A DNA stretch of 63,472 nt, the filler included, from Trichosphaerium sp. ATCC 40318 (Eukaryota; Protista; Tubulinea): the NCBI GenBank assembly GCA_038496445.1. It is 3 parts of 3 records of this genome, joined end to end, with 100 filler letters (N's around TTAATTAATTAA, not from the genome) between each part and the next. Parts side by side here need not be neighbours in the genome. Positions count along the whole stretch, not along the records: positions 1 to 24,825 come from JALMLS010000291.1; positions 24,926 to 52,697 come from JALMLS010000116.1; 1 more part is not named here. One strand, given 5' to 3'. Numbering within the stretch: the first letter of the stretch is position 1; each line of letters opens with the position of its first letter. The notes beneath the pieces were generated by a model that was not told where the DNA came from, did no database searches, and was given only the letters and a program-made list of their open reading frames with translations. Of this stretch, positions 13,816 to 26,091 are shown one piece after another. Position numbers and translations under genes: made by a program.

Positions 13816-14999
13816 GGATAGTAGTACTCGTCATAATAAGGATAGTGAGCATCAGGAGCAGGAGCATTGTAACCAGCGAAAGGAGGATAGCCATAACCAG
13901 GAGGAGGAGCAGAATAACCAGAAAAATCAGAAATGCTGTTGACATAACTGCGACTCGGTGCTTGATATGGACGTCTACGCGGTTGAGGATACGGCTGACG
14001 CTGAGCATAGCGAGGAGGCGGAGGACGAGGATAAGGCTGTCGAGCAGGTGGTGCGGTACGAGGCGGCTTACCCTTCTGCTTCCAATGACAGAAATCCGGA
14101 GTATGTCCATTGCCTTTGCAATAAGAACAATTTTTGCTGGGATCGAATCGCATACTCTTGAAGCGTGGGCGTCGTGGTTTCGCAGGAGCTTGCACAGCAT
14201 TGACCACAGGAGCTGGAGGAGGCGTTGGTTGCCCTAGCACAGATGAAACACGAGCAGAAGATTGATTAACAATGCTACGTGCCGTGAATTGCGCTTCGAG
14301 CGACTGTGTGATGTCCAAGGCGTCATTGAGAGTCGAGGGTTGTCGAACGGCCAATAACGAGAAATAATCTGCTCCAATACGCGCCAAAAATTGATCGAGG
14401 ACGTACTTGTCCGCAATGTCATAGCCAGCATCAAATGCGAGACCCTTGAGCCGGTTAAAGAACTCAAGAACAGATTCGCCAGTGTTGTGTTGTATCAAAC
14501 GGAGCTGTTGTTTTGACGCTTCTTGAAGACCTGTGGATATGTACGAGCGTATCAGAAATTTGATAAGCGCCAAACTAGTTGATGTGACGCTGGCTTCTTC
14601 GCCCTCGCTGTCTGTGTACGTATATGTGACTTCTTCGCCAAAAAGAAAGTGTTTACAGCGAGAAAGAGGCTCTACGCCCAGATGAGAACGCAAAAGGTCT
14701 TCGTATATCGCTTCTGTCCACATATACCGTATAGCCAGGCGTTTCATGTTGTTTAGCCACTCGCGAATGTCAGATGGAGCGCCATTGAAGGTAGTCAAGC
14801 CCGACTTTGGTACGTTGGGCACAGATGAACGAGCAGCGTTAAAATCTTCCGAGGAAACTCCTTTAGCTAGCGCACCAGAGAGTTTAAATTCAACCAGAAG
14901 AATTTTGTCGCGTGAGGTTTTGATAGACGCGAAATCAGGCAAATACGCCCACGGTTGATGTTGAACATCAAAATTCGACGAAAGCGTAACATTAGCCAT
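13803..14999 (-). CDS. gag: Gag with CCHC zinc knuckle
   Basis: 398-aa intronless ORF with retrotransposon capsid motif (Q...ESVLEFFNRL) and CSYCKGNGHTPDFC. Confidence 0.93.
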   Translation of the reverse strand: MANVTLSSNFDVQHQPWAYLPDFASIKTSRDKILLVEFKLSGALAKGVSSEDFNAARSSVPNVPKSGLTTFNGAPSDIREWLNNMKRLAIRYMWTEAIYEDLLRSHLGVEPLSRCKHFLFGEEVTYTYTDSEGEEASVTSTSLALIKFLIRSYISTGLQEASKQQLRLIQHNTGESVLEFFNRLKGLAFDAGYDIADKYVLDQFLARIGADYFSLLAVRQPSTLNDALDITQSLEAQFTARSIVNQSSARVSSVLGQPTPPPAPVVNAVQAPAKPRRPRFKSMRFDPSKNCSYCKGNGHTPDFCHWKQKGKPPRTAPPARQPYPRPPPPRYAQRQPYPQPRRRPYQAPSRSYVNSISDFSGYSAPPPGYGYPPFAGYNAPAPDAHYPYYDEYYYPENQ

Positions 15000-15001
15000 G
15001 A

Positions 15002-15023
15002 TTCAAATCGTATCGTGTCGCCA
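15002..15023 (-). promoter_or_regulatory. Primer binding site
   Basis: TGGCGACACGATACGATTTGAA, 2 nt inside the 5' LTR. The complement resembles a tRNA 3' end (...TTCAAATC...GTCGCCA). The priming tRNA cannot be identified from this window. Confidence 0.75.
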
Positions 15024-15025
15024 AA

Positions 15026-15120
15026 TATAATATAAGAAAAGGTGCAACGTGTGTAAGTAAGTAAAGATGTTTATTCGGTTAAAAGTCAACATCGGTTCAA
15101 GACCAAATGTGACTATTACA
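15026..15120 (-). repeat. 5' LTR (95 bp)
   Basis: Identical to 9632-9726. Confidence 0.97.
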
Positions 15121-15244
15121 TGTTGCAACCACGTGGGGGTTAAAAAGCCATCAGACTGTATTAACAATAGAACTTCTTTTTAACAAATGAGTTCAAGCAA
15201 GTCTTTTTATTTCTTATTGTCGGTTCATGTTCTAATACGCGCCA

Positions 15245-18200
15245 ATGAGCGACTCAGACTGCTACGATAACGTTTACGAGTCAAATTCAGTGTCAGAACG
15301 TTCTGCAGCGCTGTATAGCATTTATGATGACTACGATAGTTACATAGACTTCGACACGAAGAGTACTCTGGTTGTTAAAGAAAACCCTGGCACGCAACGT
15401 AAAATTAGACGCTCGTTTTAAACCCTTAGTTTGGTTATTCCACGCGTATTAGCGCCCAAACGCACCGTTCTAACTCAAAACATGTCGTTTTTAATTTATT
15501 CGTTACAGTTAATTTAAGTTGTGTGCTAATACCCTTTTTGACGTTAAATATCGCGTTACAGTCGGTTTTGATGATATTCTGACTTCTTTTCCTTACAGAC
15601 GTCAAAAAACTCAAAAAACTCACCAAAGAAGACCTTAAAACTGTACAAGATATTCTAGAGCGCCTTTCAGAAGATGACCCGATTAGTTATTGGCAAGATT
15701 TAATTTCAGACGTAAAACTTGGCCTTTTATTCATCTGTGCATGTCTGTAACGTACTTTAGGAGATTGAAACCAAAACCAAGGATAGGAGAGCACCTGTTA
15801 AGGAGTGGAATAAAGCTTTTCAGGTAAGAGATAGGCCATGTGATTTGATTGAAATCGTTTTTTTGTGGAGATATTTTTTTTTTAAGTTTTTTTCTTCTAG
15901 CGTATAGAGAGTATGCCAAACTCATTAGAAAAGTATACACAGCTTAGAAACCTTGCTTATGACTTTGCTACGACAGCTGAGGTATGTAATACACGTGTGT
16001 AGATAAGCAATTCTCAGAAATCTTCAAAGACTCCAAAATAAGTCCAAAACATGATAGTAATTGCTAACACGCTTTTTTAGACGTACGCTCGTATCATTAT
16101 AAGCGAAGTTTGTCTACCAAACGAAGAAAAGACGATAAAACCAGCATCAGTAGGTGGTATTGCTGGAGGAGAGAAATTTATCTGTCAAGGTTCGTGTTGT
16201 TGCTTTAACGTTTTGTTCTTCTTTTTTTCTTATTTATGAGGTAGGAATTCTTTTTAAATTTGCTATTGATGCTAAAGTTCCCAATACTAATATTTGGATG
16301 TATGGTACGTTGTAAAACATAGAATAATATGTGATCGTAATAGTTACATAAAAGAATAGGTGATGATAAGCCTTGTACAGAATTTGCAATGAAGGCAGCA
16401 AAGGTACCACTTTTGTTTATGCCGTTTTTAAATTGCTTGTAGAACGAGTTGAGGGGATTGATGGCGTACTATAATTGTAATATACCTGAACTACAGGTAC
16501 ATTACATTTTATTGGAAAATTAATTGCTTATAATTCTCTGCAGGTGCCGCTGATGAGCCTCATTGATTACCGAGGTATTTTTTACAAAACCTTAAATTAA
16601 CTTTTTTTTAACAAAATTTAAGGGTTCCGGCTTATTGCTATCTCTGTGCTTCCAATTAATAAGGAAACTATAAAGTACTCCATCGGACTTGATTTAAATA
16701 TTCCGACATCTTACACTTTCCAGGTATGGATGTGCTGATGCAGTGAATGTATGCAATTCTGATACGGAGATTTCAGATGTATTTCGAAAAGCAGGAATGA
16801 TGTTGAACTTAAAACCACATCTATTCAAGGATGTAGAACTTTACGCTCCTGGAGATATAGAAGGCCATAGAGGACATGTAAGTGATTATATGTGGTAGAA
16901 TTGATCACAAGAAGCTTAGAGTGTGTTGTCTTGAAAAGCGATATTTTACAATAATGAATAGCTCAGTGTGACTTTACTGTAGGATGGAAAAATATATGCC
17001 ATTGATATGGCCCGTCTATTCCCACCTGTGGCCAGAAATCAAGTAGTTTCGACTCCTTCAAAGCGGGCAATATTCTTTGAATTGCTGAGACCTGGTAAGT
17101 ACTTTTTGTGCGCGGAAATTTTTTTTTTTTGCTTGAATGTTTAATTACTTTAGAATTTATCAAAAAGTCTCATGTCCCTCTAAGTTCTGATGCATTCACT
17201 CGATTTGGTATGCATAATAAGGAGATACATAATGAAGAAGTAATAAAAGCTACTGAGCAACTGTTTAACTCGGTAATACCTGAGTTTGCAAAGAAAGTTG
17301 ACTCCGGTGCTGTTATGATTAGTACTGCTTTAGATCTGAAAGAAAGTATGCATAAGGAAGGTATAAATCTGAGGTACATTATTTTCTTCGTAAGAGATAA
17401 CATGCTAAGCTATAAAATAAGATACTTGGGTCTTGTGAGGTCATACTTGAAAGATGATAAATCAAGGAGTATTTTCCTTCTTGATATGGTTTTGAGATGT
17501 CTTAAGAACTCACTTAGAAAACAAATGAGGTAAGTCGATTCTTGTTGTAAATCTGAGTATAATGCTATTTTCAAGGAAAACAATGGAGGCTGTTCGTATA
17601 TCAATTGAGGTGGGTTTGATTTCTTGGTTTTTTTTCATTGTTTTTTTCGTTGTTATAGAACTAAACATTGCTCTAGTCTCCTTTTTCTATGGTAGTACTT
17701 TCTATGTTAAATAAAATACTTGGTAAATCAAGCTCTAAATCAAAGACGTTCTGGTACGTTATACCATTTGAGTTATAGATTAACGTTGTTTTTATGTAGG
17801 CGTTCAAAAGTCAAGATTCTGATAGTGAAGAAGTTTGTTAAAGGATTAAGTGATTCTGAGCTTGATTCTTCCTATGACCTTAGAGAGGTACGTACATAAT
17901 GTTACAAGTAGTATGCACACCTTATCAAACTAAATACTGCAATTATAACGTAACACAGCTAACCGGTTTGTTGAGGGTTTTGATATGAAGTCATTCATTA
18001 CAGAATTTCAAACTATTACTGGTATTCAGATGAAATCAACTCCCTCACAACTTCTTTCAAGGAGATCTGTATTGTACACTGATATTCAATCGATATCAAG
18101 CGTTGCACATCAGATGAATACTATTGATTTCGCTGAAGGAAACATGCTATTGCTTATGTCTAAGAAAAAAAAGGGAGCGTCAAAAATTAAAATGCTAGAC

Positions 18201-21168
18201 ATGGCTCAAGAAAAGCTTGTTCGTGCTCGCTCTGTGTTCCCAAGTGCGCCTACATTTTTCGCACTTGGAGATGTGTTTAGAACAAGAGCGTATACAAAAC
18301 CTTTTATAGAGTCTTTTGATGATGTTGTTGAGGTATGATGACGAAAAGCGTTTTCTTTGCATGTGATTTTTTTCGTTTGTTTTTCAAAGCAAAACATCTT
18401 TACACTTGCTTCACGTTTTTCTTTGTACAAATTGATTTTAATTAATTTAGGCTATAAAATGCTATAAAGTAGTTATTTCTATGAGCCAAGATAGTACTTC
18501 CGTAAATTGGTCTCATCTTTATATTTTTGATTTACTATTCAATTTTCATTCAACAAATGCTTTCATTGGTGCAAAGCTATTTGAGCATGAAGAAGGTGAT
18601 ATACATACTCTAACCTTAAGAGAAGCAGCTTGCCATATTGAAGTAAGTCACTAGTACAATATTTACTTCAACTGACCTTTCTGTAGGCTATAGCGATGGA
18701 CTTTCCTGATAAACTCCCTCACTATCTTGAAATGGCACTTGCTAAGCAAGGAGAGATACTTCAATGGGTTCTGATGATTATTCTTTGTCTACCACCATTT
18801 ATAAGCACTGTACAACATCATTTAGCAATGGTTAAGTCTCTTGACCTATCAATGTGCTCAAAACTCTTAGAATCAAAAGCACGTGCTTCGGTAAGGAATC
18901 GAACGTTGTTTCTCACTTTTTTCCTATTTCAATGAGAAATCGAAGCTTACTTTTTGTAGCTCTTCAAGGCGAACGGGAATGAACTCTTAACCTATAACGC
19001 ACTTACCAAACTTAACTTATCTTCTTGCTATGGTATAACAGATAATATTCTTTCTGAGATTATGCCTAGTTGTCCTAATGTTCAAACACTTGATTTAACT
19101 GGAGCACAATTACTTAAAGGATCTTTCACATTTGCTGCAAAACAAAAGCTTGTTTCGCTTTCTGTATGCGATACAAGTATCTCATTACCTTTCTTGGAAT
19201 CCCTATCACGCTTTTCTACATCCTTGGCATCACTAGATATCTCCAAATGCCTTTTGATCAACGACAAATGTATCCCAGCTTTGGCCGTATTGACTTCCTT
19301 AACTGAACTTAGAATGAACAAAGTCAATGTTGCAAACATAGTTGATATTAAAAAACTTGTCTGCCTCAAGTTAATAGAGGTTGATCGTACAAATATAACT
19401 GATGATGTATTAAAGGCGTTATTGGGTAGCTTAAAAGAACTCATACACCTCAGCATTGAAGGCAAGTTACGACTATCGTTTGTTTCTTGTTTCTTGATTT
19501 TTTCTTACATTTCTTTTGAATAGGTTGTGCGAATGTGACAGACAGTTCGTTTAGTAAATTTCAAAAATACGCTTCTAAGATGCGCCATATTAATATTTCT
19601 AAAACAAGTGTGACCGTAAAGACCGTAGAAATGATAGCAAAGAACGCAACAAAGTTAACTTACATGAGTTTAACAGATCCTCCTTGTTGTGGTCCTGAGG
19701 CAATGGCAGGCATAGGAAAGAACTTGAAGTGTCTAAAATACCTTAAGATTGGGTACATGGGTACATGGGGATCGGAAGCTATCATAGGAGCTAAGGAGAG
19801 AACCCCACTTGAGCATTTAGGTATGTTGTTTGTCTTTTCTTCCAACTTGATAATTCTTTCTGTGAACTAACAAGTTTTTTGTGTTTTAGTGCTTCCCTTT
19901 TGTCCTATTGATGAGAGTCTTCTTATATCGTTTCCTAAAGACTTTGGTCAATTGCAAACGCTAAATCTGGGTGCACATCAGGATATTGAAAATCACATGT
20001 TGACTTATATCGCAAAACTTACAAACCTCACTTCTTTAACACTTTCTTGGTGTGTTCAAGGTGTAGATGCGACACTTAAGCTATTAGCTCAAGCTTTGAC
20101 AAAATTACGTATACTAAGGATAGGACATACACATTTTACAACGCTATCAAGTGTTGCAAAACACCTAACGAAGCTTACAACTCTCTACATTGGGTGAGCT
20201 TATTTTTTACTTTTTTTTCTGTCGAACTTTGTGCTTCTTTTGGTTTTTTCTAACTCTTTTATGTCATTAAGGAGTTGCCCTAGAATGAAAAATATTAGTG
20301 GTATAGGAAAGCGTTGTTTGAATCTAACACATCTTGATATGCCTTATTGTGGTGAAGGTACACTAAAGAAGTGGAACTTCAATTTTAACCTTTTTTTTTT
20401 ATAGGCGCCTTTGGTGCTGATGAGCTCAAGGATATGTTTTCTCATGGTATCAAGTATGATTATGTGAATATTTCTAGACTTCGTAAGGTTAACAGTGATG
20501 TTATAATTGCTCTATCACAATATTCACATAACATAACAACACTTAAAATATCAGACTGCTCTTTAGTTGGTAAGAATTTTTTTTCCTTTTTTTTTCTTCG
20601 CTTTCCTTTGGTGCTTTGTTGATCTTAAAATTCAAGTTTGTGCTATTGATTTAATTCAATTACTTTAATATGTTGTCAATACATACCAATCTTCACGAAA
20701 AGAATTGTCTTTGTTATCGACTCTTGCCCGATAAACAACAACAAGCTTTTTTTCTTACTTTTTTCTCACTAACTTTTTTCTTACCTTCTAGATGACGCTG
20801 GGATAACATCACTATTGAAAAATTGCAAGTTCTTAAGAGTATTATTATTAACTGGTTTGGGGCTATTAACAGATGAACCTTTTATTAAGTACAAAGATAG
20901 CTTGAAACATCTTCTCGAATTCAGTATGTCAGGATGCAGAAAATTATCAAAAGTCATTGATGTTATTGCAAATACAAGTACTCTACTGAATATTTTGAAT
21001 GCTTCTGGGTGTCAAGAGATACAAGAAGACCATATTAAAATCCTTACTGGACAATGTAATCTTCTTAGAGAGCTTAATGTATCATTTTGTGTAAAACTTT
21101 CAAAACCTTTTTTAATTGCTCTTAAAATGGCGAAACCACATCTAAAATTAAAGTCACAAGTTCTTTGA
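15245..21168 (+). CDS. Multi-exon Clu (clustered mitochondria) domain + leucine-rich repeat protein
   Basis: Clu motifs GGIAGGEKF...GILFKFA, KAAKNELRGL, PLMSLIDYRGFRLIA, DIEGHRGHDGKIYAIDMARLFPP, LLRPE, PLSSDAF, MHKEGINLRYLGLVR. C-terminal Cys-containing LRRs. Start codon tentative. Confidence 0.85.
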
Positions 21169-21552
21169 TAATAATAAAATTTAATCTACGCAAAGCTATC
21201 CTGTGTTCCGATCTTGGTTATATACTGAAACGAGCATACCTTTAAGCTAAAGAAATTTGCTACAAACAACACATATTGGAGGAGCAAACCTTGATATTCT
21301 TGTTTTATTCAAAGTAGAGACAGAAAATTAAACTGCAACCGAAAAAACCAAAAAACTTTCTGAACATCATAGTCATTGCGTAAAAATTGCCTCTAGCTGT
21401 TGCCTACAACTCTGAATTGACTTGCACACAAAGTCACCAACCTTCCTAGTCTCAAACGTCTGTAAAACAGGGATTGTACAGCCAAATTGTGTTTACAAAA
21501 TTTCAGTTTACATCTGTAAAGACCAGGCAACTACAACTTTAGAAGATATACG

Positions 21553-22221
21553 TTACAACCATACTCCGTCTTGTTTGCCATGAATGAAATTGCATTTATT
21601 TTGCAGTGTACCATCTTCCAACCAAGTTTTCTTCTCACCATGTAGTACATTATTATCATAATTACACTCAACTTTTAGGTTACCATTCAAATACCACATC
21701 TTGTAAACTCCATGTAAGTTATCATTGTGATAATTACACTGAGCTTTCAATACTTTAAGTTTACGATACCACCTCTTACACTCACCTTCTTTCTTACCAT
21801 TCAAGTACATACACATAGACAATGTATTATTTCTTCCAAACCTCAATTCCAACCCATTTTTCTTGTTATTAACATAATCAATCACTTCATGACGCTTACC
21901 ATTTTTATACCACCTCCTGAACTTGCCATCTAGTTTACCATCTTTATAGTTACAGAGAACATGTAATACACCACTATCATGCCATTCCTTGTATTCTCCA
22001 TCAAGTTTACCATTGATATAGCGACATTTTGTCTTTAATTTCCCTCGTTTGTGGTATCCTACCTTTCTATTGATTTTTATCCATGCACCATGTCTTTCTA
22101 ACTGGTAATTAAACCTTGTTGCTGTTGCTGTACGTTTTGACAGCATAGGCCACTTTAGGTACGCTTCAAGATCTAATTCGATTATATCAAGTTGTAATTC
22201 TACAGGGAGAAGTGAATTCAT
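21553..22221 (-). CDS. Intronless MORN-variant (YwqK/MORN_2-like) repeat protein with F-box-like N-terminus
   Basis: Repeats Y.NGKLDGEYKEWHDSG / Y.DGKLDGKFRRWYKNG / LHGVYKMWYLNG. N-terminus LLPVELQLDII. Confidence 0.85.
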   Translation of the reverse strand: MNSLLPVELQLDIIELDLEAYLKWPMLSKRTATATRFNYQLERHGAWIKINRKVGYHKRGKLKTKCRYINGKLDGEYKEWHDSGVLHVLCNYKDGKLDGKFRRWYKNGKRHEVIDYVNNKKNGLELRFGRNNTLSMCMYLNGKKEGECKRWYRKLKVLKAQCNYHNDNLHGVYKMWYLNGNLKVECNYDNNVLHGEKKTWLEDGTLQNKCNFIHGKQDGVWL

Positions 22222-22617
22222 CTCTTTTCAAGCTATTTATTAAACCACTAACAAGTAACGGTCAGCATATTTATACTCCGAAAGATTTCAACTGTTAAAC
22301 TTATGGCTTCAAAATTTCTCGGAATATCTATCTTGTTTTCGACATTGGGCACTTGTATATCACGTGATAGCCTCAACCAACTACAAATAGTGGTAATATC
22401 GGTTGTTATACACACTATCGTTGTAGGGAAATGGAGAGTTGTTTTCTCTTTAACCTCCCCGTGGAGATTCACCTTTGTATTATCGATATCGACAACGAAC
22501 TTTACGTTAAATGACCAATACTGTCAAAACATACAGCAACGACCAGATTTGATACTGCATTGAATAAACACGGAAAATAGATAAAACACGTGCCACAAAG
22601 TAAAATCAAAGAACAAG

Positions 22618-23361
22618 ATGATTACGAAGGCAAATACTTGGCTGTACAACAACAATTGGAACCACGGTGAGCGTCATGGAAAGTTCGAAGAGTTGTTTGA
22701 GAACGGCAGCCCAAAAATACGGTGTTCTTATTACAAAGACACACTAAAAGGAATATACAAGGAGTGGAACAGCGAAGGAACAATAATGAAGGTTGCTGCT
22801 ATGTGTTCGGTGATTTACACGGAAAGTATTTTGAAAGGAGGAAGAAAACTCCAAGCTGGCTGACGATCTGTAATTATGTTAACGGCAAAAAAGAAGGAAA
22901 ATATGAGGAACGTTACTTTGGAGAAGTATTTAAAGAGTGTTTTTATGCTGGTGATGACTTGCACGGAGAATACAAAGAGTGGCATACCAATTCAAGGCAA
23001 TTGGCTGTGAATTGCTTTTATGTCAATGGATATTTACATAAAGAGTATAAAGAGTGGAGTCGTTCAGGCCAGATACTCAAACACCATGTTTATGTCAACA
23101 ATAAGCTAAATGGTGAATTCAAGGAGTGGTTTCGCCATGGCGAATTAAAAGTACATTGCTTTTATGTCAATGATTTGTATGGAGAGTACAAAGAGTGGGA
23201 TCGTTCCAGTGTATTTAGGGAAACATTGCTGTTATGCCTATGGTAAGTTACATGGAGAATGCAAGGAGTGGTCTGACAGAGGTGTTTTGTATGTACATGA
23301 TGTTTATGATAATGGTACACGAACACACAGATATCGTGTTCTGAAAGGCAAAAAAACATAA
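22618..23361 (+). pseudogene. Frameshifted MORN-variant repeat gene
   Basis: The same LHGEYKEW repeats are spread over three overlapping ORFs (22618, 22722, 23164), with no splice signals at the frame switches. Confidence 0.75.
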
Positions 23362-23582
23362 AATATAGTTCACAAAAACCGAAGAAAACTAAAATCTCAA
23401 GTTCAAGCCATGGTAGTATAAATGTACTTTTGCTGACGATTGATAAGTGGAACAGTGTTACGAAAGTAATAACATGTAGTAATGGTTAAGTAAATAGAAA
23501 ACAAAGGCAGATTCAATTTGGTTTGAAGCTGCGCAGCTTCCTAAAAAAGCTGGTGTGGGACGGAAAATACATTGTATTATTA

Positions 23583-24423
23583 TTAATTACACCATGATGG
23601 CAAAACAAAATCAGAGTCTTTAGGTTCTCCAGGAATGAAAGAATCGTAAATTGTGAATCTTTCGTATCCATTATCTTGTATTTTATGCCAGTAAGGCAGA
23701 GATTCATCATAATTCAAACAAGCAGTCTGGTTAAGAGCATTGCTTACCAACTAGAAAATATATTAGCTATGATTTTAAAAATGCGTTTGAAACACTAGCT
23801 AGTGTATTGAGCTTTATAATTACGTGGTATGGAATCGCTAATTACCTTCCATTCTTCCCCAGTACGACCATCAAATCCGAAAGAAAGGCATGGACGGAAT
23901 TCTTTTGTAGCATCTTTCAAGAAACCATAAGGCTCAAACATTTTGATGTCTATTGTCTTTTTGGTGCATTTTTTACTCTCAACGTCGACCTGCAACAAAA
24001 TTCAGTAAGTACAAATGAAGAAAAGCACAAAAAATAGTTACAGGTTTGAACAGAATCAAGCAGAAACAAAGCGATTTTTGTCACCGAATGAAAGTCAGAA
24101 AAGTTGTCCGAGTTTTTGCTTGACTAAAGTTTTGTGCCTTCAGCAAACAATTTCAGATGCTATCAAAAAGGGATACGTACAAAGTACTCTACTTGTTGAT
24201 CAAAGAAACGGTAAAACTCTACCAAAACGCGATAGTCAAAAGAAACACCCTTAAATGCTTCTCTTTTTGTTGAGTACGAGATGTATGCTCTTCCTCTCGC
24301 GAAAATTTCTGTGCCAGGTCCTGTTTCGTGCAGGTCAACATTAGCAATGAAGTCTGATGGAAGGGAAGGAGCTGCTAAAGCGCAAGCGACGAATACTAAG
24401 AGTAGAGAGAGAAGGTACTTCAT
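23583..24423 (-). CDS. Secreted ependymin-related (EPDR-like) protein
   Basis: Signal peptide MKYLLSLLLVFVACALA, then APSLPSDFIA...GRAYISY...REA, YFVDVESKKCTK, and C-terminal FIPGEPKDSDFVLPSWCN. Three exons. Confidence 0.6.
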
Positions 24424-24825
24424 TGTTGTAACTTTTTGGTTTTTTTTCATCACATGACAAACTTGTTTTCATTGAATTCGTGACAATACACTAAACATTA
24501 TCATTGAATATTTGTAAATATAGGAAAAAGGTTTTTTTAGACAAATCTACTTGTATATTGCTACGGTGAGGTCACTTGTTCAAAGTGCGAAACCTGTTAT
24601 CTGAACAATTCGCAAAAACAGCCTCTACTTGCCAATGCAGCGGTAGTTTAGGTGCACTGTGAACGTTATATTTGAAGGACCAAAGGCGGTAAGGTTATTC
24701 TACAGTGAACTCAGAAATTGTATTACTTTTCACGCCACTTCGTTCATTGCCTTTAGTTCTTTTTTTCCTTAACAATTCCGCTTACAAAACTTGCAGAGCA
24801 GCTTCACTAGTGAATATAGCTTCTG

Positions 24826-24925
24826 NNNNNNNNNNNNNNNNNNNNNNNNNNNNNNNNNNNNNNNNNNNNTTAATTAATTAANNNNNNNNNNNNNNNNNNN
24901 NNNNNNNNNNNNNNNNNNNNNNNNN
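24826..24925. other. Artificial contig linker (N44-TTAATTAATTAA-N44)
   Basis: Exactly 100 bp with a six-frame stop palindrome, identical to 52698-52797. Confidence 0.97.
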
Positions 24926-25663
24926 CGGTTCACACGGCCTTTTGGGCCTTATTTATGGTGCGTACTGTAGGCCAGATACAGTAGTCATATTAGACAAGTA
25001 CCGGCCCAAATCCTATGACAATATGAAGGCCTGTTGGTATGTGAGAGATAATGTGACACTTCATTTAGTTAATATTTTTTTCGGAAGGAATGACTTTGTG
25101 TCTTGCTCTGTGGTATACAATGATGGTGACCTTCATGAAGAGTTAATAATTGTAATAAAGAAATACTTGGAGACATACTCTCACAAGGAGATATGTGTTG
25201 TGGCATGTCATGCTTGTTCGCACTTGTCAGACCGCATAATGGAAATTTGTATTTCAACGTAAACAAAGAAAAAAAAAACCACAGTTACTAATGGATTCTT
25301 AAGGAAAGTTGATTTTGCTCTGATGCCATGCTGTCATAAGGGAACTGGCCAAATCAAAGCTATAGCAAAGTTAGAAGGTCTTTCTGTAGCCGCAACAAAG
25401 AATATACTCACAATGGGACGTATACTCCAAGCAGGTACTGTTTTTCTTTATTGCTGTTTTAACTGAAAATTGGTAAAATAGGATACGATTGTAAATGGAG
25501 AACAATAGACGAAAAAATTACACCACACAACCGTATGCTCATTGCATTGTATCTTGACCCTGAAAAAGCCTCAAAGAGACAAGAAACAAGCGCTAGTACA
25601 CGCGATAAGATGGATAAAGCATATGTACGTGTACATAATCCTAATCCACCGAGAAATAAATAG
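24926..25663 (+). CDS. 3' part of a SAM-dependent methyltransferase (Methyltransf_32-like)
   Basis: GSHGLLG motif-I remnant, VVACHACSHLSD, ALMPCCH, IDEKITPHNRMLIA. The 5' end is cut by the linker. Confidence 0.75.
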
Positions 25664-26091
25664 TGGAAAATGAAATAAACTTTTGTACCAAAGTTGTACC
25701 ACAAAAGTCTATGTTTATTCAGTGGTAATCTGTACCAACCTGTTTCGTATACTATGGCTTAAATTATCTCCCCAAGATATGTTGTAGTCAAGTTCGTGCA
25801 AAGAGCTTTAAGCGAGTGACTTCGTGAAGATCGTGGAGATAGTGGAGTTTTTATCTTAGTACATAGGCAAAGCGGTTTTAACTTCACCGAATAGCTACAC
25901 AAAATGACACAGTGTTACTATTTTGTAAGATACCGCTGTGGCAATATCTTTGCTGACTCTATCTATTCTAGGAAGGACAACAGTGTCACACCTCAGAAAT
26001 TTCAAAGAAACTTACGAGCAAAAATGCGAGCTCCGGGTTTTTAGTCTATTTTAAGTTATAACATAACGTGTCCACTCTTCGTTATCCCTAA

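Larger units (their letters stand above)
9632..15120 (-). mobile_element. Full-length Ty3/Gypsy LTR retrotransposon (5489 bp)
   Basis: Two identical 95-bp LTRs, 4-bp TSD TGTT (9628-9631 and 15121-15124), PBS TGGCGAC next to the 5' LTR, PPT GGGGGAGAA next to the 3' LTR, and gag then PR-RT-RH-IN order. Confidence 0.97.

Noticed and set aside
12597-14958. Many overlapping or antisense ORFs within the gypsy element
   Set aside because: Shadow ORFs of the GC-richer gag/pol sequence; no env-like or other domain is evident.
24826-24925. TTAATTAATTAA palindrome inside N runs (also 52698-52797)
   Set aside because: Synthetic six-frame-stop contig linker. Adjacency across it is not biological.
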